Positions 27,073-41,284 of a DNA stretch of 64,000 bases are shown here, piece by piece; position 1 is the stretch's first letter; every line of letters starts with the position of its first letter. The position numbers were made by a program, and so were the translations under genes. This DNA comes from Octopus sinensis (lineage: Eukaryota), in assembly GCF_006345805.1 (NCBI RefSeq), contig NC_042999.1:171616001-171680000 (forward strand). Reading direction: 5' to 3'. The notes below the pieces were generated by a model. It searched no databases, was not told the origin of the DNA, and was given only the letters and a program-made list of their open reading frames with translations.

Positions 27073-27420
27073 ACTATTGAGTGAGAGAGCAGTGCATGCC
27101 ATCAAAGTGACACTGGGGTAAAATACACGAAGCCCAATATACCCATCATGACTACCCGTCTGATAAGAGTACACCAGGCACATGCATCACACCCATATGT
27201 GCGCGACATGGTGATCTCATATCAAGATAAACAGCACATGACCTTGCAGGTGGGGTCCAGTTAGAATTTTCTTGAGGTTGAGTAGCCCATCCCGCTCAAA
27301 AGGTCCCTGAATAAGGGTTGTTTAAGGATGTTGAACGAACCACCCATGTTTCCAGAGGTGAATTATTCAAACCCCAAAGAATCCCTCTCAACACATGGCT
27401 ATGATGCTCCCCCACTACTT
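27073..27420 (-). mobile_element. Family C retroposon, 5'-truncated
   Basis: Reverse complement of 11150-11505. Confidence 0.8.
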
Positions 27421-27732
27421 CTGCTTATTATTATTATTATTACTGCTGCTCTTGTTCTTAAACATTATGACCATGATCATGGTCTTCACTATCATCATCA
27501 TCATCATCATCATCCACGTTCATGGGAAGTACTGTATCTCGCTCACGTTTACCTGTGACCTCGGTCGTGTATATCAGATCCTTTCAGTCGTGGTACTCGA
27601 GACAGTACTGTCGTTTTGCCTATTTATAACTGCTCAGTATTTTCGCATGTTTGATTTTTATCCCCCAAATGACATATTGAAATATTCAAAAGTTTTGTAC
27701 TATTAATTATGATAATAATTATAACATCAAAC

Positions 27733-28120
27733 GCAGGCGTAGCTGCGCAGTAAGAAGCTTGCTTCCCATCCAAATTGTTCCGGATTCATCCTATACCATG
27801 GTAGCTAGGTCAAATCTCTTCAACTAAAGCCTCGGACCTACCAATGTCTTGCGAATATACTTAATAGACGGAAACTGAAAGACTTATTTCGTATATAGAT
27901 GTGTGTGTGTGTGTGTCTGCGTCTGTGTATGCGCGCATATATTTCTGCCTATGTTTTTCCCCCACCACCGCCTGAAATCAGTTTTTGTTTTGATTAAGTT
28001 TCCATGACCTGGGAATTCGACATAAGATACCGATAAAATCAGTACCCGTTGAGTACTGGGATCGATGTAATCGACTATACCAAACTTCCAGAATTTCAAA
28101 CCTTTTGCCTATAACTGAAA
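27733..28120 (+). mobile_element. tRNA-derived SINE (family B), diverged
   Basis: gcaggcgtagctgcgcagtaagaagcttgcttccc..gacggaaactgaaag, internal (TG)n, SINE 3' core. Confidence 0.65.
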
Positions 28121-28578
28121 TGATTAATTACATATTCATGTAGTTTTTTCTTCAATTTTCATATTTTTAGCGACATTCTGCATATTTAGAACTTTAAATG
28201 AAATACCAACTACATTTTCGTCAAAAACCTGCGGTTGAGAGCGAAAATTATAGTCATAGTTAATCCTCACCAAAATAAACCACGAAAGGAAGAACATTCT
28301 GGCACACTTTTGAAGTAGAAGTTTAATTGTAATTATTAAAAATTAGTGGAACAGAACATAAATATTGATTAACTATATTATTGTATTAAATTATTATATA
28401 TCAAGCTACTTAATTAAGAGACAAATATTCTGTAAGATAAATGATTACAGGGAATGTGTTAACTCTAAGGTAATTCAGACGAATAAAATTCTGCATTGTT
28501 AATCTGTCTGTCTGTCTATCTACCTCTCTATCTATCTGACTGTCTAACTTTCTCTCTCTCTCTCTCTCTCTCTCACTC

Positions 28579-28628
<50 letters not shown>

Positions 28629-28717
28629 CGTATATACACAAATACATGCACAGATACATTTCCTGATAGATAGAGAGACAACAGACAGACGGATAGGTAG
28701 ATAGACTGGTCGCTTAG

Positions 28718-29625
28718 TAGGCAGGTAGATAAGTTTCTTTATTGGCCACACAGGGCGGCACACAGATGGGACAAGTTACAAGGTAGAGCTTTTCTTTTGG
28801 GGGATGAAAAAAAGGGGGTGGCGTAGGTTTTCGATCAAGAGGGATCGTAAAAGAGAAGAAAAGAACAAAAAAATTTTTAAAAAATTTAAAAAATGAAATA
28901 AAAGATAAAAAGAATAAAAGAAAATAAAAGAAAGGGAAAGGAAAAAAAGAAAAGAGAAATGAAAAAAGAAGAAAAAGGGGAAAAAAGGGGAAGAGGAGAA
29001 AAAAAAGGAACCATCAATAGGGATCGTGTATCACAGTGTTATGATATATGGTGTAAAGGGGAAAGCAAGTAAGGTTTATCCGTGCGAAGAAAAGCCTACG
29101 AAAAAGACCACGGTAACCTTGGTCAATATTGTTATATGTTACCACATTTGTTTGCAAGTGGGTAACCCTCTGTTTTCAATTTCTGGGTTCATAGGATAAT
29201 GCTCAAGGTGGCTTCGTCATTCATACGTGCCATCCTTGCTACATTCACCCATCTTTTTTTAAAACATTCGCTAGACAAAACTTGCCTCTCTACTCTCACT
29301 TTCCTTTTCAAGTGGTACTTGAAGAAGTTGATGAGAGATTGACCAGAAAGGAAAGTGTTTGTCTCCAATCCTTTCAGACGCGTCCACCAGATACATTCTT
29401 TCGCCATAGCCACAAGGATGATGAAAATAGCTCTTCCTTCCCGTTTGAAGGAAGGAGGCGTGGCAATATTGACGATAGACTCAGCTGATAAACCGACTCG
29501 TCCCACACGTGACAGCAGCTGTTCGACACAAGCCCACAGGTCGGAAATTGTTGGACACTGCACGAGTGCGTGCAGAACGGTTTCGTCGCTCTGACCGCAT
29601 CACGGGCAGGTCGGCCCCGTGTTTC
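28718..29625 (-). mobile_element. Tx1/L1-like LINE 3' end, copy 1
   Basis: ORF 29189-29563 (HALVQCPTISDLW..WWTRLKG..FKKRWV); 3' UTR with polypyrimidine tract and AATAAA; ends in GATA-type repeats. Confidence 0.75.
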
Positions 29626-30147
29626 TCGACTGAAATTTAACATATTATATGAGGTTAGAATTAAGTTAATAATAAAGTTAATTAGGGACTAACAGACTCA
29701 ATGGAACTAGACCCAATATTTTGTTAACTGAAATGCGACGCGTAATGTAATGAAAAGGCATTGATTCTAATTATTAATTTTTCTTAAATCCACGCACATG
29801 AGAAACTTTTGACTTCTGATTTAATAAAAAAAATTGAAGTGGAGTGTCAGTTGGAACAAAGTTTTGTTTTCGGCAAGAAAGAAAGCAGCTCCTCCATTAC
29901 AATTTCAAATTTATAATTCTCGAAATATTATATTGACAAAGGAAATGAATTTTTATAATTATAATCCAGAAACGCGTCCATATTTAATGTAAGACTGTTT
30001 GGTTTCATTATATTTTCGTCTTTTTCCCTATGTGAGTTACAAATATTGTTGTCTGTGGAGTCATATTTGTAGTGAAAAGAAATAACGGTCCTTTGGCTGC
30101 TATTTCTAAATTTTCGGTATGTGGTGAAACAACTTGTTGCTAAAGCC

Positions 30148-30193
<46 letters not shown>

Positions 30194-31165
30194 CCAATAT
30201 TGCCATTACTTCAAGACGTTATATTATGGTAGCGTTTTATTTCTAGGTTTAACACAGTGTAACCTAACCAGGATGTTGTTAGCATAATATCGGTTACGTT
30301 ATCCGAGACGTTAATGTTTCAACTATCTACAACTCACATTTATATTTAGAAGGTGTTGAAATTTATAACTGTGAATTTAGCAAGGTTAAGATACACACAT
30401 ATGCAATTAATTCTACAGAAACTAGAAATTATTTACAACACATCTCTTCACGAATGGATTACCTCTAATTTGACCTACGCTGCGAATGATTATATGTAAT
30501 AAAAGTGAATATCCGGTGCTAAATGAAAAATTTATGTTATAAATTAAATGTGATTATGCCCATCTAAACTTGCAAAATTATGAAGGTTCCATATTTCGAC
30601 ATCATTTACCGTTTTATGCATTTGAGGCTGTATACAACCTTTGCAGACAACTTAAAAAGCATATGTAACCTTGATCAATTATCGTTTTCCACTGAAATAG
30701 GCAGAGGATACAACCGTTATGTCTTCTACACATTATATATGTTCATCGTTATTTTCCTTGTATATCGCAATTGTGTCTATTTTATAATATAACAGATTAT
30801 GCGAAGAATGTTGGCAGTGAGTTGTAGGCCACAAAAATATATTTCATGTTTATTTAAAATCCAGTGTTCAATTCCTTACATGTGGTTTGGAGATTCACAG
30901 AAATACACACAAACACACACATTCACACTATAACGCGCGTGCACATACTCACAAATATACATATACAAGTATATGCCTTTCATATATATGTATATATATT
31001 TATGTATATATATATATATATATATATAGAAAGAGAGAGAGAGAGAGAGAGAGAGAGTACCTAATTCAACTGAATCTTTCTCTCTGTTTCTCTCTTTATG
31101 TATGTATATATATTAGTATATTGAAAACATGTAGATACATACACACACAGATATATATATACATA

Positions 31166-31198
<33 letters not shown>

Positions 31199-31239
31199 GT
31201 AAATTCATTTAAATTAACTTGAATCTTTATTGCTCTTTT

Positions 31240-31270
<31 letters not shown>

Positions 31271-31939
31271 GTATATATACATACATTCATACATACATAC
31301 TTACACACGTACATACATACGTACATAATTACATACATACATACATACATACATGCATACATACATACATACATACATACATACATACATACATGCATAC
31401 ATACATACATACGTACATACATACATACGTACATGCATACATATGAATATACGTATGGATATAATGGATTTGAAATTGATTTCTCAGTCCTTTTTCGTTC
31501 AACATTTTAACTTACTAGCTTAATTTTTGGGCTTTTCTTTCAGAAAATACAAATCGTGGGAGTGGGGGAACAAGATAAATATCTTTACTACCAGATCAAT
31601 ATCAGTCAGAGGTAGGATGCAGTTAATACATTGAGTCTTAGTAAATCAATCGGCATCGGATTAGAAACGGAAGATTGCACTTTGTGGTCAGAACTAGTGA
31701 TTTTAAGGGAGACACTACGTAACATGAGAAAAATATGCAGAAACCAAGATCTTCAGATTTTTGACATCGTCGTTGACTGCTTATGTTTCGTAATCATCTC
31801 TGGCTGTCCCATGTGGGCTGCATGACCTGCTCCCGGTCTACAGTAGCGCAGACGTCTGCTGGTCTGTTTATGTATTTATTTATCTAGTTATTATTTATTA
31901 ATCTAGAATTTTCCTTATATTCCCTTTATGTTTCCTTCA

Positions 31940-32598
31940 TTTTATCATCCTGCGTCAGATTGCCCGACCTGGTTGAACACTGCCCGATCTAGTGTGCACC
32001 CATGAAAAGAAATTTGGCATCGAACAGACAGTAAATCACCAGAATGACTCCGTCGGGGGATGACTCGTAAATTGACGTCACAATTTACAGTCACTTATGG
32101 TTTGGGCGGCTGTGGCAGCCACTGGAATGTCTGCTTCCGTGGGCGAATGAGCACTTTCAATGCGCACTTTGGAACCTCCAACAGGACTTGACGCCATCCC
32201 ACAGCTCCGAACAGACACAGCTCTGGATTCAGAAAAAAAAAACTTCCATCGTTCATAGGCAAGTATGTATGGCCTTCAAGTGACTCCTATCTAAACCCGT
32301 TGGGTTTTTCAGTTAGGTCCATTTTGGAGACGAATGTCTCGAGCACTCCTGATGCTTCGGTCGACGCTCTGAAAGCAAAACAGGACTATGAGTAGGCTCC
32401 TATTCTGATAGAATATCTGCAACAGGCATTTGCACCGAGACTTAAAGCCGTGATTCGAAACAGAGGTGGTTATATCAAATAAATATGTTATAATAATTGA
32501 GTTTGCTTTACCATTAAATTGCAACGCTCAGACCCGAAATATAATTTTGCTTTAGCAGAATTGAAGAAAGTTTGCCTCCTTAATTTTGTGACGCCCTG
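31940..32598 (+). mobile_element. Tc1/mariner-superfamily transposon 3' remnant
   Basis: VMVWAAVA..QQD..PSHSSEQTQLWIQK..WPSSDSYLNPL..SILETNV..FAPRLKAVIRNRGGYIK*; terminal ttttgtgacgccctg|TA. Confidence 0.75.
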
Positions 32599-32603
32599 TA
32601 TAT

Positions 32604-32637
<34 letters not shown>

Positions 32638-32677
32638 ACAGTCTGCCAGCATCTCCACATTTATATAGACAGGCGAA

Positions 32678-33231
<554 letters not shown>

Positions 33232-33732
33232 GAAAGACCAAAATGAAGAAGACAAAAACGTGACAAGAAGGAGAAGTTTTTAAAAAAGATATAACTAAGT
33301 ATTGACGGAATTCATTTTGACTGCATTTTACTATGTAAGCTGACATCTGATCTATAGTAATACCTATCATTTATCATGAATTTAAAATTACACATACCAG
33401 AAATATGTGGACTTTTGTTCAATATCTTATAATAGATTACATGAGCACTTTATATTTCTATCTGGTAACAAGCAATATTAATATTTATATTGCATATTTA
33501 GAAGCACATCCAACGAAATACTGGTTATATAAAATATTTCTGGCAACTTACTTTACTATATTTGTAGCAGATAGTAACTAGACTTAATCCACGGTAGTCT
33601 CGATCGTCAATACTGAAATTAATCACACCTAATTAATTAGAACGAGGAAAAAATATTATACATTACATAGACATTCATAATAGTCGATTATCAGAATCAA
33701 TGAATCCACACATACAAACGCATATAGATGGA

Positions 33733-34392
33733 TAGATAAGTTTCTTTATTGGCCACACAGGGCTGCACACAGATGGGACAAGTTACAAGTTAGAGCTTTT
33801 CTTTTGGGGGATGAAAAAAACAAAAAACAAAAGAAAAAAAAGGGGTGGCGTAGGTTTTCGATCAAGAGGGATCGTAAAAGGGAAGAAGAGAACAAAAAAT
33901 AAATAAATAAATAAAATAAAAAATAAAAAGAATAAAAAGAAAAAAAAGAAAAGGAAAAGGAACAAAAGAAAAGAGAAATGAAAAAAGAAGAAAAAAGGGG
34001 AAAAAAGGGGAAGAGGGAAAAAAAACGATCAATAGGGATCGTGTATCACAGTGTTATGATATATGGTGTAAAGGGGAAAGCAAGTAAGGTTTATCCGTGG
34101 GAAGAAAAGCCTACGAAAAAGACCACGGTAACCTCGGTCAATATTGTTATATGTTACCACATTTGTTTGCAAGTGGGTAACCCTCTGTTTTCAATTTCTG
34201 GGTTCATAGGATTATGCTCAAGGTGGCTTCGTCATTCATACGTGCCATCCTTGCTACATTCACTCATCTTTTTTTAAAACATTCGCTAGACAAAACTTGC
34301 CTCTCTACTCTCACTTTCCCTTTTAAGTGGTACTTGAAGAAGTTGATGAGAGATTCTTCAAGTAGCACTTAAAAAGGAAAGTGAGAGTAGAG

Positions 34393-34394
<2 letters not shown>
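33733..34394 (-). mobile_element. Tx1/L1-like LINE 3' end, copy 2, with 5' fold-back inversion
   Basis: Near-identical to 28718-29342; 34354-34394 is the reverse complement of 34301-34341; followed by (GATA)n. Confidence 0.8.
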
Positions 34395-34447
<53 letters not shown>

Positions 34448-35817
34448 GAGATAGATAGATAGATACATACATACATACATACATACATACATACATACAT
34501 ACATACATACATACATACATACGTACGTACGTACTGACCGGCAAAACGATTTCCAGCATAGTTATCTTCTCAGTGATGAGTCTGTAATTCTAGACAGAAC
34601 ATATATCATGGCCATGAAAAAAAAAATATCTACTCCACTGGAAAAAAATGATATAAATGTCAGATTGATGTTTCGACTTTATACTCTTCTTCCTATTCAG
34701 ACGTAACACTTGTTACATAGGAAGCGATATTCGTGATGTTGAAACCTCTGTCGCTATAAATTATAGCATATAGAAGTATTTATAAACATCACAGTATATT
34801 ATGCATGTCAGAGTCAGTAAAATACAATCTACATGCAAGCGTAGGTACATGCATAAAAATACCTTTATATAAACAGCCATAGAAGTTGCTGCTATATTCA
34901 ATAGACGTTTAAGTGTAAAGAAAGATTAAAAGTGACTGGTTGAGATTTTCATTGGTATATATAATAGCGTAACTATATACATAATTGGATTGCATTATTT
35001 CATATATGCGAACACTTTTACTCAACATTATAGGCATAGTTTGACTGTATGATATAAAATATGTCTTAATACGTCGAATATTGTTTCGAATGTTATTGGC
35101 ATTCATAACAATATAAACACCAATACCAACAACTGTATAAACAATAACCTTACAGAAAAATATATTAGTAACATAAGCTGTATTTAATTTTGCTTGATCT
35201 CATAATGTAAGTCATCTTTTACACTCGTGCTATTCGTACATCCTGAAAATGTTTATACGATGTTACGAAATGACTTTAGAATCATTACGGAATAGGCTCT
35301 TTTATGACATTTTGCGGTTATCATTTTCGCAAATGCTTATATTGCTTGGAAATTGGCTCTGGTAGTTTCGAAATTATTATTCCAAGTCCTGCGTTATTAG
35401 TTGAATTGTATAATACACCTTGAAGCAGACAAAAGATCTCATTGAAATGCATGATAACAATATTAAATGCAAGCAACATCCCCATGTCACATTTGTCTAT
35501 GGAGGAAACTAATCTCACGGAGATGATTGTAGAATAAATGCAGCTTAAAAAACATTTTAAAATCAATGTCTCAGAAGAAGTTCGTTACAGTTTGTCTTTG
35601 TTATAATTAGATTATTAATGACTTTATGAAAAATAAAACACGCTCATGATAAAATTTGCTGACGCAATCGTCGGAGACAATATGGAAGTGTTCATATATT
35701 GATTGGAAAATCTGTTGATCTGTCATTCAAGTTTCTTCTCGGTTCGTAACTTCCGACTCTCTCTTTCCTTTATTTCTCTGTGTGTATATATACATCCAGA
35801 TATACCGACATGATGTA

Positions 35818-36052
35818 GAGGCGCGTGACTTAGTGGTTAGGGTGTCAGCATCATGATTGTAAGATTCTGGTTTCGGTTCCTGGACCTGGCGACGCGTTGT
35901 GTTCTTGATCAAAACACTTCATTTCACTCAGATGGCAAAAATGAGTAACGCTGCGATGGACCGGCGTCCCGTCCAGCTGGGGAACACATATGCCATTGCA
36001 ACTGGGAAACCGGGCCCATAAGCCTGGCTAGGCTTTAAAAGGGCGCATTTAT
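35818..36052 (+). mobile_element. tRNA-derived SINE (third family)
   Basis: A-box-like TGACTTAGTGG and B-box-like GGTTTCGGTTCC; body ends in an AT-rich tail. Confidence 0.6.
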
Positions 36053-36060
36053 ATATTTTA

Positions 36061-36451
36061 CTAGCAGTATCGCCCGGCGTTGCTCGGGTTTGTAAGGGAA
36101 ATAATTATATAAGCATTTTTAGAGATGTAAAGTATAATAGCCATCTCAATATGGCTAACCACAAAGGGGGAGGGGTGTACTGTAGCTTTTTACGTTCTGA
36201 GATTTAATAATAAATTTTAGAGAGTTACTTCCCTTATATATGTCAAAAATGGATTAAAAATGGGAAAAATTGATGGTAAATTTTTTTTAAATCGTAGACT
36301 CATCGTAGACGCGCGCTAATACCCAGACGGTCTCGATATGAATCACGACTATAAGATACCCGGTTTTGGTTAAACTGCACCGCAAAATGTGGGAGTAGTT
36401 AGGAATCTAAATCGTAGGAGACAGACACACAACCTCACTTTTATATATAAA
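36061..36451 (-). mobile_element. Non-autonomous Helitron, copy 2
   Basis: Same 3' hairpin + CTAG|T and same 5' arm as 26429-27064, inverted; different central filler. Confidence 0.85.
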
Positions 36452-36516
36452 GCTTTCCTCTATTTACATAATATTGAGGTCTCTTTCTTTCTTTTGTTAT
36501 CTTACTGTTTTTACCA

Positions 36517-36557
<41 letters not shown>

Positions 36558-36564
36558 TATATAT

Positions 36565-36888
36565 AGTTACAGAGATGTACTTGCATAGCAAGTGACTTGA
36601 TCTGAGATCGTGTGCTGGAACGAAAACAGTTGCAGCGTTGAAGGTGTTTATAAGCCATTTAAGAAACACACAAAAACCGTTAGATTCACTTCAACATTTA
36701 AATTTAATTTGTCAAAATATTTTCATCGCTTTGAGACCGCGACCTGTTAGCACGATATTTTTGTCAGTGAACAGGTCGCGGTCTGAAAGCGACGAAAATA
36801 TTTTGGCAAATTAAATTTAAATGTTGAAGTGAATGTAACGGTTTTTGTGTGTTTCTTAAATGGCTTACAAACACCTTCCACGCTGCAA
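36565..36888. repeat. Inverted duplication (119-bp arms) of an interspersed repeat
   Basis: 36630-36748 versus 36770-36888 near-perfect reverse complements with a 21-bp spacer; flanked by TA tracts. Confidence 0.85.
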
Positions 36889-37257
36889 TATATATATATA
36901 CACACACATATATATATATATGTATGTATGTATGTATGTGTGTATATGTGTATGCATGTATGTGTGTGTGTGTGCGTGTCTGTGCTTGTGATTGTCCTCC
37001 ACCACTGCTTGACAACGAATGTTGGTTTGTTTACATCCCTGTCACCTAGTGGTTTGACAAAGGAAACAGATAGAATAAGTACAATGCTTACAAAAATAAA
37101 ACGAGTTGATTCATTAAACTACAATTCTTCAAGGCATTGCCCCAGCATGGCCACAGACCAATGGCTGGAAAAAGCAGAAGAATAAAAGAATACATTCTCT
37201 GCTTTGGTCTTATGTTCAAGGCATGAGAAAGCTTGAGTTTACATGAGAAGGCCTAAC

Positions 37258-37733
37258 AGACCTGGTAGAAACAGCAGCCAAATCTCCCTCAAATCACACC
37301 TTACTGTCTTATGTATGTATATATATATGAGCCAATGAGGGGGACCTCTACATGGCAGCTAGACCTGGTAGAAATAGCAGCCAAATTTCCCCCAAATCAC
37401 ACCTTACTGTCTTATCTATGTATATATGTATGAGCCTATGAGGGAGACCCCTACATGGCAGCTAGACCTGGTAGAAATAGCAGCCAAATTTCCCCCAAAT
37501 CACACCTTACTGTCTTATCTATGTATATATGTATGTATGAGCCTATGAGGGAGACCCCTACATGGCAGCTAGACCTGGTAGAAATAGCAGCCAAATTTCC
37601 CCCAAATCACACCTTACTGTCTTATCTATGTATATATGTATGTATGAGCCTATGAGGGAGACCCCTACATGGCAGCTAGACATGGTAGAAATAGCAGCCA
37701 AATCTCCCTCAAATCACACCTTACTGTCTTATC
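37258..37733 (+). repeat. Minisatellite, 103-107-bp unit x ~4.5
   Basis: Unit starts (agacctggtagaaa) at 37258, 37361, 37464, 37571, 37678. Confidence 0.95.
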
Positions 37734-37959
37734 TTTCTGCTACTTGGATATAGGTGTTATATTCGTCGTAAAAAACTTTCCTGTCACACACTCACGCACA
37801 CGCACACACACATACACACGCACCCTCACACACACACACGCGCACACCCACACACACCCACTCACACACACGCACGTTAGCTTACAATTTTATTTATATA
37901 TTTGCGTGTCTCTGTGTGGAAAAGGAAGTGGAAGGCAGAGTGAAAGAATCACTCACTAC

Positions 37960-38243
37960 AGTAAGTCAATTACTTTCATTTTATTCGTTGCCCACTGTGT
38001 GTGTGCGTTTGCGTGTGCTGTAAACCAGACTAAGAAAAGCATTTGACACACACACCAGAATGTGAGTTTTCTGTAAATTTTGCTTAATTGGAGTTTAAAT
38101 TTTAAAAACTGGACCTGGCATGACGCGATGCATTGTACTCTTAAAAATGCAAGGTAAATTGTAATTGAAGAAATCCTATATTGTAGATTTGTATAACTCC
38201 CAAAGGGAGGCAGATAAAATCTGCCTTTTATAATAAGAGATAC
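37960..38243 (-). mobile_element. Second copy of the 25234-25545 repeat
   Basis: Reverse complement; both give the same spurious ORF (SLIIKGRFYLPPFGSYTNLQY). Confidence 0.75.
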
Positions 38244-38694
38244 TGACATGATCATGCGTATATTCGAATATGAATATCATAACAGCATTCTGTTTGTCTG
38301 TCTCGCTTTCGCTCTCTACCTCTGCCTCTTGCACCCTGAATGCGACATTTCACTCTGTATTACAATGTTCAGAAAGAGTAATTTAATTGTTGCTTTCAGT
38401 AGAGTTATAGGTTCACAACCCGACATGATTTTGGTGGATCAATGTCAACTTAGTAAATCGATAGGTCGTTGCCGGCATTGAGGCTCTTCTCAAGAGAATG
38501 TCAAATAATTATGGCACTCAAAGAATTAACAATCATGAATCTTGGCTAAACAGAATGATACAAGAATGAATATTTTATCAATATGAACTATAATTCACAC
38601 AAGATTAACTTCTTAATATAAATGTCGCTCACACGAACCTTTTCCCAATATCAAGGTAATCGTTAATTCCTGAGCTTGGTATAATTAGTTTCAA

Positions 38695-39130
38695 GTTTTG
38701 GCACAAGGCCAATAAGTTCGTGTGTGTGCGTAAGGCGATTCTATCGTCTTACTCTCACCTCCAGTGTTCAACTGGTACTTATTTAATCGACGCTAGAACT
38801 TGAACTGGGAATGTAAAGAAGGACGAAATGCTGCTGAGCAATTTTCTTGACGTATTAACGATTCTGTTAGATCACCGCCTCTGTTTTGTGTATTCAAATA
38901 CTCGATGAATAAAGAAGGAAAAGGCTAAGGGCGGGAATAACAATGGAGATGGGAAAATGATGCTACTAAGATTTTAAACGTCAGTCAGTTGCAATTCATT
39001 TAACAACACTCTATATTTGAAATGCTTAGCGGTATTTCGTCTGACGTTATGTTCTGAGTTCAAATTCCGCCGTGGTAGACTTTGCCTTTCATCCTTTCGG
39101 GGTAGATAAATAAAGTACCAGTTTCGCACT
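38695..39130. mobile_element. Two family A SINE fragments (38695-38880 minus, 39005-39130 plus)
   Basis: gtaccagt/actggtac, gttctgagttcaaattccgccg and gcctttcatcctttcgggg motifs. Confidence 0.7.
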
Positions 39131-40679
39131 AGTTCATAAAACTGGAATTGAAGTATGATTTTCAGTTCGTGCATATGAGTGCGTGCATGTCAACGTATGT
39201 GTGTGTGCGCGTACGTGCGTGCGCGTACGTGCGTGCGTGCTCGTGTGTGTTTGAGTGTGTATGTGTGTTGTGGTGGTTCGACCGTCGAATTTGTTCATAC
39301 CGAGCAGATGCAAGAGCGGGGGCAAATCTTATTTAAAGTGTGGAGGTGCTGGTTGCAAATCCCATTTAATTTAACTTACTAAGACGATATTCCCAGCAGT
39401 AAAATAAATAGTAGAATGTCAGCCTTCACAAAACTGCACAAGATTGGCAGAATGCCTAAAGAATCTCAAAATCTTGATCCGAATGATATACCATGGCTAC
39501 TGGCATTTAGCACAATTCCCAATTCGCGATGTTTGACCTGAATTATGGCTTCCAGTATAGACAAATTATATCATCTTTCCTTAACTAGTTTCTCGTAGTG
39601 GGAGTACTGAGATGAAGATCAGTAGAGGTGAAGGTCACATTCTTAGCCATATCCATATCTCCCCCCCCCCACACACACACACGCACGCACGCATGTAGAT
39701 ATTTATGTATATATGCGTGTACTCGTGTGTATAAGTGTATACTTATTAAATTTCTCATACCATATGGAATTGTATTACTGGCATTTGTCACCTGCTGTAA
39801 ACACACACATTTCGCAATCACACAAGCTCTCATAGACATTTATGAATGTACAGATATGTACATTCTTGATGTGTATCTCGATGTGTAGAATATATCTCCA
39901 AGACAAGCTGGGTATATATGTGATTGCGCAGAATAATGAGTTGTTTCGACTATATTATGCGATGTACTTCCCATAATCCTTATAGAATTATATACAAGTG
40001 TCCTCAAGAGATGCTTGAAATATGACCATAAGATCTTGAAGTAACAAATAAATTGTGGAGAAATAATAAAGTAGTGCATTTGTCACGAAACATGTTTGGC
40101 CTGACTGTCTCTTTCAATATAACGCACTATTTATCACATATTGTAATGCATTCGATTCACTTCCATAATGCAGACAAATGCAGCTGCAAAGCATGCTCGT
40201 TGAAATGCTTCAATTACATTGACTCCTTTTGTATAGAATATAACTTGGTGTATTGAATTGCGCGAAGGAGTTCACAGATCAACGACTTAGCCCTCTGTCA
40301 TTCCATTCATTGTTAAGGCAAATAGTTTATAATCCAGAAATAGTATCATTTTATAGTGAAAGTTCAGCGTCCCGATATATTATCTACAGAAATAAAGCAG
40401 AGATATTATTTATTGAAATCAGCGTATCTAAGAATGAACAAAATAAGGAATATTAAAACAAGATGTGGTGATAAGGTTGTTTAAAATAATCCTTCGATGG
40501 AATTTTGAAGTCGATTTTCTACTTTAATCACTCGCAATATTTTCCATCCTCAATCCTAAACTTAAAATTTAATAAACCATATGACGAGAAATTAAATTGA
40601 AGAAATATAAAGTAATTTACACACATTAAAGCTCAAAATATAACGAGCGACTTCAAATACCTGAACTGCAGTTCAACTG

Positions 40680-40721
40680 ATAATAATAATAATAATGATG
40701 ATAATGATGATGATGATGATA

Positions 40722-40763
<42 letters not shown>

Positions 40764-40787
40764 GTGATGGTAATGATGATGATGATG

Positions 40788-40842
<55 letters not shown>

Positions 40843-40870
40843 TGATAATAACAAATGATGATGGTTATGA
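40680..40870. repeat. (GAT)n/(AAT)n tract; (CAC)(CAA)(TAC) tract at 41055-41135
   Basis: Visible directly. Confidence 0.9.
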
Positions 40871-41098
40871 TTAATCAGGCAGAACAGAATTACGCAAATT
40901 CAAAGTGGTGGCATAGCCAATTAAGTTATACTCATTATTAGACCTGTACTGTAATTTATAACACATGACGTTTCAGAGACAGACTTTGGGTGACATTTAA
41001 ACTTTGAATTTAAAGGAATCAAACTCCCATCGGGTATTATGTTGCCCGCCAGTTTCACCACCACCACCACCACCACCACAACAACAACAACAACAACA

Positions 41099-41135
<37 letters not shown>

Positions 41136-41284
41136 GAAATTGTGATAACATCAATAATAATACTATAATTGTCATTACTAGTATTTATTATTATATGAAA
41201 ACTCACAGTTTATTTTGCTGGGTGTTATGGAAAGTGTCAGCTGTCCACAGCCAGTAGACTAAGGTGACACTTGTTTTACAGACC

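Noticed and set aside
35600-35720. INDF..IKFAD resembling a CR1 RT motif
   Set aside because: Too short and degraded to support.
35818-35895. tRNA-like head; also the heads of SINE families A and B
   Set aside because: No complete cloverleaf and continuous with SINE bodies, so not called as tRNA genes.
37258-37733. Tandem array considered as a CRISPR array or retrozyme multimer
   Set aside because: Eukaryotic context, no unique spacers, no cas genes and no hammerhead core in the unit.
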